Positions 25,101 to 38,251 of a DNA stretch of 64,000 nucleotides are shown here, piece after piece. Every line of letters starts with the position of its first letter. Position 1 is the first letter of the stretch. Position numbers and translations under genes: made by a program. The notes under the pieces were generated by a model that was not told where the DNA came from, did not search any database, and worked only from the letters and a program-made list of their open reading frames with translations. The stretch spans positions 12,400,001 through 12,464,000 of the forward strand of contig OZ316775.1 in the NCBI GenBank assembly GCA_973851085.1. The letters run 5' to 3'. Source of the stretch: Ptychomitrium polyphyllum (Eukaryota).

Positions 25101-27946
25101 TTTTGAGAGAACTTATACATTGTAGTAAAAGAGCACGACACAAGTAGATCATGCTCACTTAACCGTCAATGTACTGTTCAAATGCTAAAACAACATTCAA
25201 ACAGTTGTATATGGCCATGGAATATGTTTCATTCAGAGACCAAGGAAGACTAGATAACCATGATTGTAGGCCTTGCAAGGAGTAGAGGGGGGGTGGAAGG
25301 GGTTATAGACTTGGAGGTGGACCCTTTATAGTAGATAAGATGGCCACTTGGTATTCAATAGCTGGCTTTTCTCCCCCATATTCTAGAGGACTAAATATTG
25401 TCAAATTGGTATGCTACCATTCTCAATATTTTGTATCCACTGTCTGTGATTTTCAAACTTTGACACTTAGTAGTTATATTACCAGTGCTTAATCCTTTAC
25501 AACTCATCAGGACATTGATCCAAAATTTTTACATCCAAATAGTGGGGATTGTATATGCTGTTGATGTCAAGAAGACAATACGATAGAAAATTAGTTCTTT
25601 AAGGTGGAATTAGTCAATTGATTTGGTAATCTAAGGATGTTTTATTGTGTAGAATTTAAATATCAAGAATTTTGTCTAATATATCTGTTTTCATGTTTAC
25701 CATGAATGTTTAAATAAACATATATGGCAAACACAGAAGCCATTTGAGGACAGTTTTATTAAGGGAAGTTTTGTACATTGACCAGCATGTTCAATAAAGA
25801 AACACCTGGATTATTTGATGTTGAAGAGTATTTAATACAGGAACCAAACAACTTCAATGTATCTTGCTACAGGTGTGGTATGAATTAGCAAGTGTGTGTA
25901 ATGTGCCATGAATAGGAAAATTCAATTCTTTGAGAATATATGATCAAAAAATCTAATTGGCTCTACTTCTATGAGGGATGTTCATTAATCTATTTCAATG
26001 TAGTGTATATGGTTTTGAAAGAAGGAAAATTCAATTCTTTGACTTGGCCATCTTTGGTTAGTTTATTTGCAATACCATTGTTCATAATGCATATGTGTGA
26101 CTTAATTTTTCAAGGACTGTGGAGGTGGTGTAGAACAGTTGCAGAAGTTAAAGATGGTTGCCAATAATCTTTCATTTGGATGGATTTTTAATGAAGAAGG
26201 GGTAGAGAAAGAATGAACATGAACTACATTTCTTTGAATAGTATTTTATTTTATTTTTTTATAGCCAAGCCATGCACTCTGGTGCTAATTATTCTATAAG
26301 CATATTTTATATAATTGATCTAAATTCAAACTCTCTACAATTTAATTCAAGAATTATTGTGCACATTTATTGTAAGTTATTTGGATGATATTTTGATCAA
26401 TTCAAAGAATCTAGAGGAACATGAACAACATGTCCGCATAGTCCTACAAAAGCTACAAGATGCCGGTTTAGATGCTAAGCTAGAGAAATGTGTATTCCAT
26501 GAATTTCACGTAGAATTCCTTGCATAGATCATCCTTAATAAAGGACTATAGATGGATCCAAAGAAGGTCAAAGCAATTAGCGATTGGACAAGGCCAAAAT
26601 TAATACATGATGTCCAATATTTTCTTGGATTTGCAAATTTCTGTAGGATATTCATCAAAAATTGTTCTCAAACAACTGCTTCACTCACGCGACTAATATG
26701 TAAGGAAAAGCTTGACTAGAGATTTGATGTTGAAGATGCATTCCAAAGCTTGAAGCCAGTCTTTATCACAAGTTCTATTCTGGTCCATCCAAACTTTTCA
26801 AAGTAATTTCATCTTGGGACAAATGCTTCCGACTTTGTACTAGGATCAGCTTTGTTACAAACGGGAATAGACAAGAGACTCCATCCGATTGCATTCCATC
26901 TTAAACAATTTTCAGCTGTAGAAATCAACTATGAGATCAACAACAAGGAACTTCTTGCTATTATGGATTCCTTCCAAGAATGGCATTACTTGCTCGGGTG
27001 CCACGCATCCATTTATTGTATATACAGACCATAAGAACTTAGAAAATTTCATATCAACCCATGTCTAGAATCGCTGCTAAGCTTGTTGGAGTATGTTTTC
27101 TATTTCAATTTGCTTTTTGCATGACATAGGAACCTAAAAAACAACAACGGTTGTGAGATGCTCTATCAAGGTAATCATATCTTGCGCCAAAGGATGGAGA
27201 GGAATATACAATTAACAACAAATAACTTTGTTGAAACTTGAACAATTTTGTGTACGGACAACCACCATTTCAACTTTAGTAGATTATCATTTTTGGACTA
27301 GGTTCGTGCGGCATCTATCAAGACCCTCTTATTCTTGATATCAAGCGTCGTTCAAATAACCTCCCTAAAGATGTGTTTAAGTTCAAATTAAAAGACAACC
27401 TTCTATACTTTAAAGAACGTCTATATATTCCTAAAGGACCAATTTGCTTTTGTGTATTTCAAACAAGTTATGATTTTCATATGGTTGGATATTTTGGATT
27501 CAACAAAATTTTAGAATTCCTTTCTTGAGATTTATGCTGGCTTCAAATGTAGAAGGCTATTAAGGAGTTTATACTCTTGTGTAATACCTGCTCTCAATTA
27601 AAGAACTTCCAACATCATCCATATGGACTTCTTCAACCACTGCCAATTCCAAAGAAACCATGGTCGTCTCTTTCAATGGATTTCATTACAGATCTTCCAT
27701 TGTTATATTCTTTTAATACCATCTTTGTTGTGGTAGACCGGTAGATAAAGATGATACATTTTGTACTTTGTATGAAGACAATCACGAGTGAAGGGACTGC
27801 CACACTCTTCATGGATAATGTCTACCGCAACCATGGATTATCCAACAATACCATATTGGATCATAGACCATTGTTTGTATCAAGATTTTAAAAGTCTCTC
27901 TTTGAAACCCTTACGTTGGACATTAAACCTTCTTTTGCCTTTCATC

Positions 27947-30900
27947 TGTCATGCACATAGACCATGCAACATAGCCTTTAGAACCTTTTGAAACCTTCTA
28001 GTATATCATAATAGCTTCTTAAAATACTTCCAATGTCTTCATAGCCGATCCTACGTTTTTAGGAAATTTCATAAGAGAGTTTGACTACCTCAAGAAACTT
28101 TCTAGGAAGATTTTAATATCTTAAGAAACTTCTTGGAAAGGTTCCATAGGCTTCTAGAACATCCTTAAGCCTTGTAGGCAGCTTCTTTAGAAGTATCCTA
28201 GAAGATTCAAGCATCATGGCATACATAGGTGGCAAGACAAGGTATTTCGTAGTTTTGCCAACACAAGTTGTGGATCATCTTGAATCCTGCCTTGTTCTAG
28301 TCTTTGTATCAAGTTCTTGGTAATGATTAGCTCTTTGGAAGCTAATTCTTGGAAAACACGTTGTTTCTACTTCTTATTTCTTGTGTCCTTAACAGTTTGG
28401 TAAAAACACTATTCATCTTTAACAAAGCTAAAGTTCTTTGAAGAAGATTATGGATTACCTATCTTTTTTAAGATTCCATAGAATCTTAGAAGTTGTGGAT
28501 TACCTTCCTCTAAGTTTTCACTATAAAGTTGGTTACTCCTTCTAAAACAAACTACCATTTCTTTTAAAGAAGGAATGGCAAAAAATGTGGATTACCCTAC
28601 TTTGAAGATACTTATAGTTTTCTTATCTTTGACGATCTTAAGAAATGGATAACATGCTTGGAACATAAGAAAATAGGTTTGAAACTATTGCAAACTTTTA
28701 AGAGTTACTAAACACAGTTCGAACAAAATTTGCTTGCTTCAACACTACCAACAATTTAGAGCAGCATACTCAGCAAGCTGAAGAATTCAATGGTGATATT
28801 CAAAGTTTATATCAAGAGATTGTTTTATTGTAAGAGGCAAATATTAGAAGAAAATATTTACGTTGAATTCATGCACAGCCAAAGATTAGCATGTTAGACA
28901 AGTTTGATGGATCAAGATTAAAATTGAGAGGCTTTGTTCAACAAGTAAGGCTCTTCCTTAGTATGCATCAATCTCACTATCTTGATGGCATAACTCAAGT
29001 GGAATTTGTAGCCACTTTTTTATTAAACAATATACTATCCTCGTTTGCACTATTAATAAAGAAGTAGTCACTAGTATTAAACAACTTAGATGTTTCCATA
29101 GAAGCATTGACATCTATTTTTGGAGACACCGACCAAGACAAGGTGGCTGAGACAAGGATCCAGAGTCTACAACAAGGACAATGCTCAGCTGCTACATATG
29201 CTGGAAAGTTTTGATAATTATTTTGAGACCTTGATTGGAATAATAAAGCCTTGGCCACTTAATTCTTAAGAAGTTTAAGAGAGAATAATATGGACTTGCT
29301 ACTTACAATGCTAACAACTGAAACATTGGACAAATTCATCACTTAAGCAATAACATGTGACAATAGACTATTTAAGAGGCACTAAAAACAATGCTTGGAA
29401 TGGCAATTTATATATCAAAGTATGACAATCACTTCTTCAAGATTATAAAAATAGCTGACCACAAGGACTAGAACCTATGCAGATTAACATTGCCAAGTTA
29501 AGACATTTGACTTCAGAAGAAAAAAAAAGGCGTCGAAGAGAAAACCTATAATTGTATTGTGGCAAGTCTGGACATAAAATGCACAATTGCCAAATCAATG
29601 GATATGCCTTCAAGGCTCAAAGCATAATCCTAGAGTTGGAAAATGAGGCTGTCCAATCACCATAGGGACCATGCCATTGAACACCACAAGGAAACAACCA
29701 TTAAATCAAGGTCTCTTACTACCTTCAGGCCTTACATTTACCTTTACGTATCCTATCAAAATTAAATGATTAAATGATGAAATAATTAGTGAAGTTTTTT
29801 TGGACACTGGTACAACAGCATGTACCATAAATAAGGATTGCAATCAAACATCACGTGGTGCTTGTGAACAAAAAATACCCCGCACCTGTTGAAGTTATTG
29901 ATGGACGATCTCTTGCGTCTGGCAACGCTATTGAAGAAATTAAACCTTTAAAGGTTATTTTAGGAAACTAAGCATCTATGATGATCTTAAACATCATTCA
30001 ATGCCAAACAAATTCTATTGTCATGGGCTTTCCTTGGTTTAAATTACATAATCCAGACATTGACAGGCGCTCATGGAGTGTGGTCTCAAAGAAAAGACGT
30101 GAAGGTACAAGAAATCTTGGACCATCATTTATTGGAGCTAAGGCATTCATGAGAGCGGCAAAGGATGAACCAATCTATGCCATTTATGCTACACTAATGT
30201 CTAGCTCTACAATAGAGACTAATCAAAACATACTTCGTCAATATCAAGATTATAAAGACCTTTTTGAAAAATAAAATGCAGACATGTTACAAAAGCACCA
30301 GCCTTACAATTGTACCATTGAGTTGCAAGAAGGAGCCCAACCACCCTTTCGACCTATTTATAACTTATCACAAACTGAGTTGGCTGCCTTGAGAGATTAT
30401 ATTGATGAAAACCTTGGAAAGGGTTTCATTCAATACTCTAAATCACCTGCTGGAGCACCCATTGATCCTACAATCTTGTATGCATCAAAGAAAGAAACAA
30501 ATGGAAGTCAATTTTTTGATCTAGGTATGGTCATTTTGAATACAATGTCATGCCTTTTGGCCTAACTAATGCTCCCGCAGTCTTCCAACATATGATGAAT
30601 GATATCTTCCATGAACATCTGAATGAATTTATAGTCATCTACTTAGATGATATTCTGATATATTCAAAGGATGAACAAGACCACGAATGTCATGTGCAAG
30701 TGGTCTTAGAAAAACTACGCCATCGAGGATTATATGCCAAATTGGAGAAGTGCCTTTTCCATGAATCCTCAGTTGAATTTTTAGGCTACATCATTTCCAA
30801 ATGAAGAATCCATATGGATAAGAAAATATTAAGCACTGTCATGGAGTAGAGTACGCCAAGATCAGTTCAAGATGTTTAATGCTTCTTGAGATTTGCAAAC

Positions 30901-33698
30901 TCTTATAGAATATTCATGAAGAATTATTCCAAGATTGCGGCACCATTAACACGTCTTACGGGGAAGCAAAAATTCATTTGGAATGAAGAGACGGAAAAAG
31001 CATTTCAAAGTCTTAAGAAGTCATTCACGTCGGCTCCAATTCTTATTCATTCAAATCCATCAAAGCCTTTTTATTTGGAAGAAGATGCATCAGATTTTGC
31101 GCTTGGCTCAATACTCTCACAATGTGGTGAAGATGGATGTTTTGGATCATCAAAAGCTAGAGAGTCTTCAATTGAAAGTAGCAATTATTACGACAACATT
31201 TCATCTTAGCAATATTTAAAAGGCTTTTAAGAATGATGTCTTTGTTTCAAATATAAAAAAACGCCTCGAAGAAAGTGGACATCCTTCAAATAACGATGAG
31301 GATTTTAAATTCCAAGAGGGCCTACTTTATTATAAAAGACTTTTGTACCTACCTCCAGGCTCTTTGCGGTTGAAGATTCTTCAAGCACGTCATGATTTTC
31401 TAGCAGCAGGACATTTTGGGTTCAATAAAACAATGGAGTTGATTGCTAGAGACTATTGGTGGTCACAAATGTGGAAGTACGTAAAGGACTTTGTTCGATC
31501 ATGCAACATTTGTGCAAGAGCCAAGGTACCAAGGCACCAAACTCATGGTCTCCTCCATCCGCTTCTAGTGCCAAAGGGTCCATGGTTGTCTTTATCAATG
31601 GATTTTATCACAGACCTTCCAAATTCCGATTCTAAGGATTCTATTTTGGTAGTGGTCAATCGATTTACCAAAATGGCACATTTCAATCTACGCAATAAGA
31701 TGATAACGGGAGAAAAAACTGCCAAGTTGTTCCTAAATCACGTCTACCGCATACATGGACTACCAAATGATATTGTATTTGATTGAGGGCCGCAGTTCAT
31801 TTCCAACTTTTGGAGGGCTCTATCCAATTTTTGGAGGGCTATATTCCAACTTTTGGAAGGCTCTATTCCAACTATTGCGTGTAAAGATCAATCTTTCTTC
31901 AACACACCATCCGCAAACTGATGGCCAAACCGAACGCGTTAATCAAGTTTTGGAGCAGTACCTTTGTTGTAGCATAAACTACCAGCAAGACAGTCGGATG
32001 GACTTCTTGCCTTTAGCAAAATTTGCTTACAACAATACGGTGCATTTTTCAATAAGTCAAAGTCCATTCTTTGAAAACTAAGGCCATCATTCTCAAACAG
32101 ATCCATTTCAAGTGAAGCATGTTGGAAGTCTTGCAGTAGAGGATTTTGCAATTCAACTTGCTAAAATCCATCAAGAAATTACCTTCCAGTTACAACAAGT
32201 TCAAGATCGTTACAAAACTTATGCAGATTGCCATCGAAAGGACCATTTAAAGTTTAAGATTAGAGATAGTGTATGGCTCCTACAACAAAATATACAGATA
32301 AAAAGACCATCAAAGAAATAAGAATATCAAAGACTGGAACGGTTTGAAATCAGCAAACAGATAAATCCGGTTAGTTTTTGAGTGAAGCTACCACCAAGCA
32401 TGCAAATTCATCCAGTATTCCACGTATTGTTATTGGAAACCTATAAGAAATCATGTATTCCAGAGAGAATTGTTTCTACGCCACCTTTAGTAGAAATCAA
32501 TATTGAATTGCTTTATGAAGTTAAAGAGATCTTAGATTCAAGCATTAAGAATGAACGTGTGGAGTATTTTATACATTGGCAAAGATATGGTGTCAATCAT
32601 CGAATATGGGAAGCTTTGATGAACGTGATAAATCCACCTAAGAAAGTTTTCAAATTTCATTCAAAATATCCTTAAAGACCAAGTCAGTGATGACGTATTA
32701 TCAGCATCTGTTAGCTGCACAAAAAAGTTATTGATATACTAGCTAGTATATCAAATCTTTGTTTTATCATGGATATGCGTGAAGAGCATTTGGTTGAGCT
32801 TTCATCAACAACAACATCTGTTGAACCAACTCTACTTTCTCAACCTTTGGTAACGGAGGATTTAAGCTAAGATATGTGAGAGTATTCCAACGTTGAATAT
32901 GACCTAGTGTAGAAGTATTGGCTAATCGTCCTTCATATTCTGGTTTTGATTCAGATGGTTGTACTTTAGTCATCCTGCTAGAAATTCAAAGATTCATTCC
33001 TGAAGGACCCAAGATCTTGTTTTGGAGATGTTTTGAAGGACTTAATCAAGATGAAATCTTGGGCTGGGACATTTCAACAACAAAATCTTAGCTGGTGGTC
33101 ATCGGCATTTTTGCAAAAACCAATTGAACCAGTGAATAAAGAACAATAAGCAGAATATATTGCTTCACTTCTTTCACAAATTTTGGAATTTGTTGAGATG
33201 TAACAAGCAAGCCACAAGAAAAGCTCCTCATGGAATTTGTTGCTAAAATGGAGAGATGATGGCATGGACTTAGATCATGCAATATAGCCTTTAGAACCTT
33301 CTAATGTATTATAGTAGCTATTTGGATTACTTTGAAATGTCTTTATAGCCGATCTTACGTTTTTAGGAAATTTCATAAAAGAGTTTGATCACCTCAAGAA
33401 AGTTTCTAAATAGATTTCAACATCTTATGACTCTTCTTCAAAAGGTTCCATAGGCTTCAAGAAAATCCTTAAGCTTTGTAGGAAGCTTCTTTAGAAGTAT
33501 CCTAGGAGATTCAAGCATCATGGTATAAATAGGTGGCAAGACAAGATATTTTGTATTTTTGCCAACACAAGTTGTGGATCATCTTGAATCCTACCTTGTT
33601 TTAGTCTTTGTATCAAGTTCTTGGTAATGATTAGCTCTTTGGAAGCTAATTCTTGGAAAACACGTCGTTTCTACTTCTTGTTATTTGTGTCCCTAATA
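27947..33698 (+). mobile_element. Decayed full-length Ty3/Gypsy chromovirus: LTRs 27947-28394 and 33260-33698; gag (~28650-29660), PR, RT, RH, INT and chromodomain (to ~32690)
   Basis: Two ~445-bp direct repeats. Gag DKFDGSR...FVQQV and CCHC remnant YCGKSGHKMHNC; protease FLDTG; RT MPFGLTNAPAVFQ...YLDDILIYS; integrase [33 protein letters not shown]-like aaaatggagagatga lies before the 3' LTR. Many stops and frameshifts. Confidence 0.9.
31802..31866. repeat. Triplicated ~21-23-bp unit (tccaacttttggagggctcta) inside integrase
   Basis: Three near-identical copies are visible and disrupt the frame. Confidence 0.8.
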
Positions 33699-34716
33699 CC
33701 ATTCCTAAACTAATGGCCAAACATAACAAGTTGACCAGATTTTGGAGTATTATTTGAGGTGTACCATCAAACTTCAACAAGATGATTTGATTTCCTACTT
33801 GACATTGGCTAAGTTTACGTATTACAACACCATTCACGCTTTCATCCAACAAATGCCATTCTATTTCAATTATGGACATCATCAAAAGATGGATATGTTA
33901 GAGCCTCCACGATTTGAAAATCTTGCTGCAGAAGAATTTACTACAAGAATGGCAAAGCTTTAAATAACCATGAAGACTCAACTAGAAGAAGCTCGGAAAC
34001 AATACAAAACGTCAGCAGATTCAATAAAAAGGGAATAACCTTCATTCCAAGTTGGTGAGAAGGTAAGGCTCTTTCAATGCAATATAGAGATCAATAGGCC
34101 ATATGACAAGCTGAACAATTGTAGATTGAGAGCATTTGCAATTATAAAACAAGTCAACCACGTGGCATATTGTTTGCAACTACCAACATTAATGAAGGTA
34201 CATCTTGTCTTTTGCATTTGACTTTTAAAAACTTATAAGAAATCAAGTATCACTAGACAAAGGCAGTTGCTACCATATATGGTTGGAATTGGCACATCAT
34301 AAATTTAAAGCGGAAGAAATGCTTGAGTCACAATTAAGACAAAGAAAGCTGGAATACTTGGTTCATTGGCACCGGTATGACATCAGTGAATGTACATGGG
34401 AGCTAGTTAACAATCTTGCCAATTCATCAGTAAAAGTTTATAAGTTCCATTGACAACATCCATCCAAACCAAAAGCTTGAACACAAGAAATAGTTGTTTA
34501 ATAAAGTTGCATAATCTTGAAGGTTCTTAAGGCTTGAGTTTTTAAATAGGAGAGAAATCAATTTTTGGATCTTAAGTTTTTAAAGCCTAAGGCATAATTA
34601 AAAATTTGTTGTTTGTAATTAGAAGTTTATCATAGTTCCTTGAGAGTAATTCAATATGTTAGATATAAATAGTCAAAATGAAAATACCTTGCCAATGGTA
34701 TCAATTCAACCAAATG

Positions 34717-35877
34717 TGTAGTGCACCTCTCTTTCAGGAGTGCTCGCAACACTAAAGGCACAAGAGGGACCTTGTAGTGACGTCCGGAACTTGTGGCACC
34801 GATAGTGAGGTGAACCGAGTGGATTTAGCGTGGAAAAGACCTTAAGGGAGAGAGATATCCTTGCCCATGTAGACTGAAGGCCACAAGGGAGAAATTGTAA
34901 GCATTGGAGGACTCACAACAAATTGATTTTAGAATGTTAAAGATTGCTCAAATTAGACAAGGGAGCTAAAAAATATGGCAACTCAAAGTTGGGATTGCCA
35001 AGGGCTGTTCTAGACTGTGGCAACCTTAGACTATGATTGTGCTGAATTGGAACAATGCAAGGAAGGACTCCCAGGGAATTCCAAACTTTGGAAGAGGCAT
35101 ATCTTCTAAAATACTAAGTCAAATTGGACGTTTGAGGAATCTATTGGCATCTACGCAAATAATAATTGACAATAGAGTGATTTTCCAATGGAGTTGGAGA
35201 CCAAACGTGGAAGATATGTCTCCCTGAAGGTCCGTAGGAAGTCCCGGAGGCTTACAGCGGCTAAATTCCAAAGGAGATCGGGTGATCTTCCAAAGTTTTT
35301 GGTGTGTCAGGGTCCAGTCAGCTATTGAGGGCCAGGGAGCCTGCCAAGTTCCATAGAAAGTACTATAGAGGAGGGTTGGTTCCCCTCCCCACTCCCCTTG
35401 TGTCCCGGTAGGAACCAAAGGTAAGTTTTGATTGGTGGAGCTACTATTGGGGCTTCACCAAGGAGACTCCTACACCATTGTGAGTTGGTGGGTGACTGGT
35501 TTCATAAAAGAAACTAGTGAGATTAAGAGGATACGCTTGTTATTACTAAATTGGGGTGGTGTCTTCACGTTGGCACTATGGTGACTTAGGGTAATCTTAG
35601 GACACATGGAAATCATGTGTGGTGGTGAGGAGACACCACTAAGTGCGGTTAGGCCGTGTGCAATGGGAATAATACAAAATGAGGCCTTGGATATGAATGG
35701 AAGTCCGCACCTAATCATTGGCTACCAATCAATTGGGTGTTCTAAGAGAATTGATAGGAAAAATTAGAAACCAGCCTTAGGACTTGGAGAGTAAAAATGG
35801 AGGTTAACCATGTGTATGTGGAGTGGACAGGGTTGACGTGCGTAACATTGTTAAGGTGCATTACAAGAGTTGCAACA
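34717..35877 (+). mobile_element. Solo LTR of the same family as the 49044-56794 element, in opposite orientation, with 5-bp TSD AAATG
   Basis: Begins TGTAGTGCACCTCTC and ends TTACAAGAGTTGCAACA, the diverged reverse complement of the 49044-50188 LTR. AAATG occurs at 34712-34716 and 35878-35882. Confidence 0.9.
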
Positions 35878-36437
35878 AAATGGCTCTTATTGATGATCTT
35901 GTAATAAAGAATAGATTGGACCAAGAAGATGTCAGAGGATATCTATTAGTAGATTGTTAGTAATTGTCTTCAAAATGGAGCCAACTTACAAAGGTTATCC
36001 AGATGCAATGTTTGAAGCACGCTTTTATAATGAAGATACGGAAGTTCATACTTAGTGCCAAATAAAAGGCGTAATACTATTAATGGTCACAAGGACTTAT
36101 AAACCATTTGAATTGTTAAAGGCAATTGGAGTATGTTGCAAACACCATGAGACAAATTTTTGACTTCTTACAACACTGAGCGCTTGTTGCAACATGCTTG
36201 TTAGAAACCTTGGAATTAAAAAGAGAGGTGATGTTACAGACATACATGTTAGAAGCATTTGGAAAGGTTCTTAAAAGGTTTAGGAAGCTTCTAAGTAGGT
36301 TACCTCTGCTTAGAAAGTTTTTAACAAAATTACTTTGGCTTAGGAAGCTTCTAAGAAGGTTACCTTGGTTTAGAAAGCTTTCAAGGAAGTTATCTTGGTT
36401 TGAAAATCTTCTAAGGAAGTTACTTCAATTTACAAAA

Positions 36438-36946
36438 TGTCACGGACATAGATCATGCACCATAGTCTTTAGAACATTCTAGAACCTTCTAGTATACTAT
36501 AGTAGCTTCTTAGAATACTTTTAAATGTCTCCATATTCTTTCCATGTTTTTAGGAAGCTTCCTAGGAAAGTTCTTTTACCTTAGAAAATTTCCTAGGAAG
36601 GTTCTACCTCTTAAGGGAACTTCCTAAGAAGGTTCCGCTACCTTAAGGAACTTTCAAGGAAGGTTCTAATATCTTAAGAAACTTCTTGGAAAGTTCCATA
36701 GGCTTTTAGAACATCCTTAAGCCTTGTAAGAAGCTTCTTTAGAAGTATCTTAGGAGATACAAGCATCATGGTATAAATAGGTGGTAAGACAAGGTATTCC
36801 ATAGTTTTGCCAATACAAGTTGTGGATCATCTTGAATCCTACTTTATTCTAGTTTTTGTATCAAGTTGTTGTTAATCATTAGCTCTTTGGAAGTCAATTC
36901 TTGGGAAACCCTTCATTTGTGCTTTTTAATTCTTTTGTCCATAATA
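36438..36946 (+). mobile_element. Solo LTR (family of 27947/33260/2541)
   Basis: TGTCACGGACATAGATCATGC...gtataaataggtgg...ttgtggatcatcttgaatcc...tgtccataata. Flanks caaaa/caaag (4/5 TSD). Confidence 0.8.
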
Positions 36947-37016
36947 CAAAGCTTTTAAGAAAGTTACTTTGGCTCAGGAAGTTTCTATGGAAGTTACCTT
37001 GGCTTAAATAGCTTCT

Positions 37017-37363
37017 TGTTATGGACATAGTAGCTACAAGACAAGGCTTCAAGATTCCAAGATGTGGAACAAGATATGTCCAAGGTATATTAAAGTTAAA
37101 GAACTATAACAAAATACAAAGACAAGGCTAGAAAGTTTGAACTAGACTACAATAGATGAGTTGTCCAGATTGAAGATCTCTTCAACCTCGATTCTTATAT
37201 ATATTAGAACTACAAGCCTTAGAAGCTTCTATTACATTGTTGTATATTCAAAGAACCTTAAGTTGTTTCCTTGGAAGCTTCCTAAGCCAAGGTAATTTCT
37301 TTGGAAGCTTCTTAAATCTTCTAAGAACCTTTGTAGATGTTTCTAATATGTATGTTTGTGATT
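37017..37363 (+). mobile_element. Solo-LTR-like repeat (family of 3612-4035)
   Basis: Starts TGTTATGG and is similar to 3612-4035. The end is approximate. Confidence 0.6.
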
Positions 37364-37682
37364 ATTCCATGGAGAGAATTCAAGCTTGCTTGAGTATGAA
37401 GCAATGTAATAGAAGTTTTTCAAGAAGCTTCTAAGGCTTATAGTTCTAATATATATAGTAGTCGAGGCTAAAAGGATCTTCAGTCTTGACAATGCGTTTC
37501 TTGTGGTCTAGCTCAAATCTTCTAGCCTTGTCATTGTAATTATAATAATTGCCCTATTGGCTTCATTATCACCATCTTAGTTATTTGAATAAATATAATG
37601 TGTAAAAAGTATTAAAAGGAATAAGTGTGTTATTAATATAGGTAGAAAATAGCCATATAATGAGATGTATATGTGGACTAAG

Positions 37683-38251
37683 TATTAGGGATACAAGAAA
37701 CAAGAAGCAGAAACCAAGTGTTTCCCAAGAATTAGCTTCCAAAGAACTGATGATTACCAAGAACTTGATACAAATACTAGAACAAGGCAAAATTCAAGAT
37801 GATCAACAACTTATGTTGGCAAGACTAAGGAATACCTTGTCTTGCCTCCTATTTATACTATAATGTTTGTATCTCCTATGATACTTGTAAAGAAGCTTCT
37901 TATAAAGCTTAAGAATATTTTAGAAGTCTAAGGAACCTTTCCAAGAAATTTCCTAAGTTGTTGGAACCTCCCTAAGAAGCTTCCAAGGAGTTGGAACCTT
38001 TCATGGAAGTTTCCTAAGATGTTTGAACCTTCCTTGGAAGTTTTCTAAGGTAGCGGAACCTTCTTAGGAAGTTTCCTGAAGAGATAGAACATTTTTAGGA
38101 AGTTTCATAAAGTAGAGAAACTTTAATAGGAAGCTTTCTAGAAACATGGAAAGACTATGAAGACATTTAAAAGTATTCTAAGAAGCTATTATAGTATATT
38201 AGAAGGTTTTAGAATGTTCTAAAGACTGTTGCATGATCTATGTCCGTGACA
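37683..38251 (-). mobile_element. Solo LTR (family of 27947/33260/36438), reverse orientation, perfect TSD CTAAG
   Basis: Ends GCATGATCTATGTCCGTGACA, the reverse complement of the LTR start. CTAAG occurs at 37678-37682 and 38252-38256. Confidence 0.88.

Larger units (their letters stand above)
26340..34490 (+). mobile_element. Decayed Gypsy pol (RT-RNaseH-integrase-chromodomain) acting as host; occupies 26340-27946 and 33699-34490 and is split by a nested element
   Basis: YLDDILI at ~26378, NASDFVLGSALLQ...LHPIAF...NYEINNKELLAI and WSSLSMDFITDLP. Integrase FAFH|P-TNGQT-QVDQILEYYLRC resumes after 33699. Chromodomain-like LEYLVHWHRYDISECTWE at ~34350. Confidence 0.85.
36232..37560 (-). mobile_element. 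Decayed LTR-like repeat (reverse copy of the 3612/37017 family) interrupted by two further LTR insertions
   Basis: Pieces 36232-36437, 36951-37016 and ~37364-37560. The last piece is the reverse complement of part of 37017-37363 (gaagcttctaaggcttatagttctaatatatata vs tatatattagaactacaagccttagaagcttc). Confidence 0.6.

Noticed and set aside
36198..36482. 94-aa amphipathic L/R/K-repeat ORF
   Set aside because: Translation of the internal short tandem repeats of an LTR.
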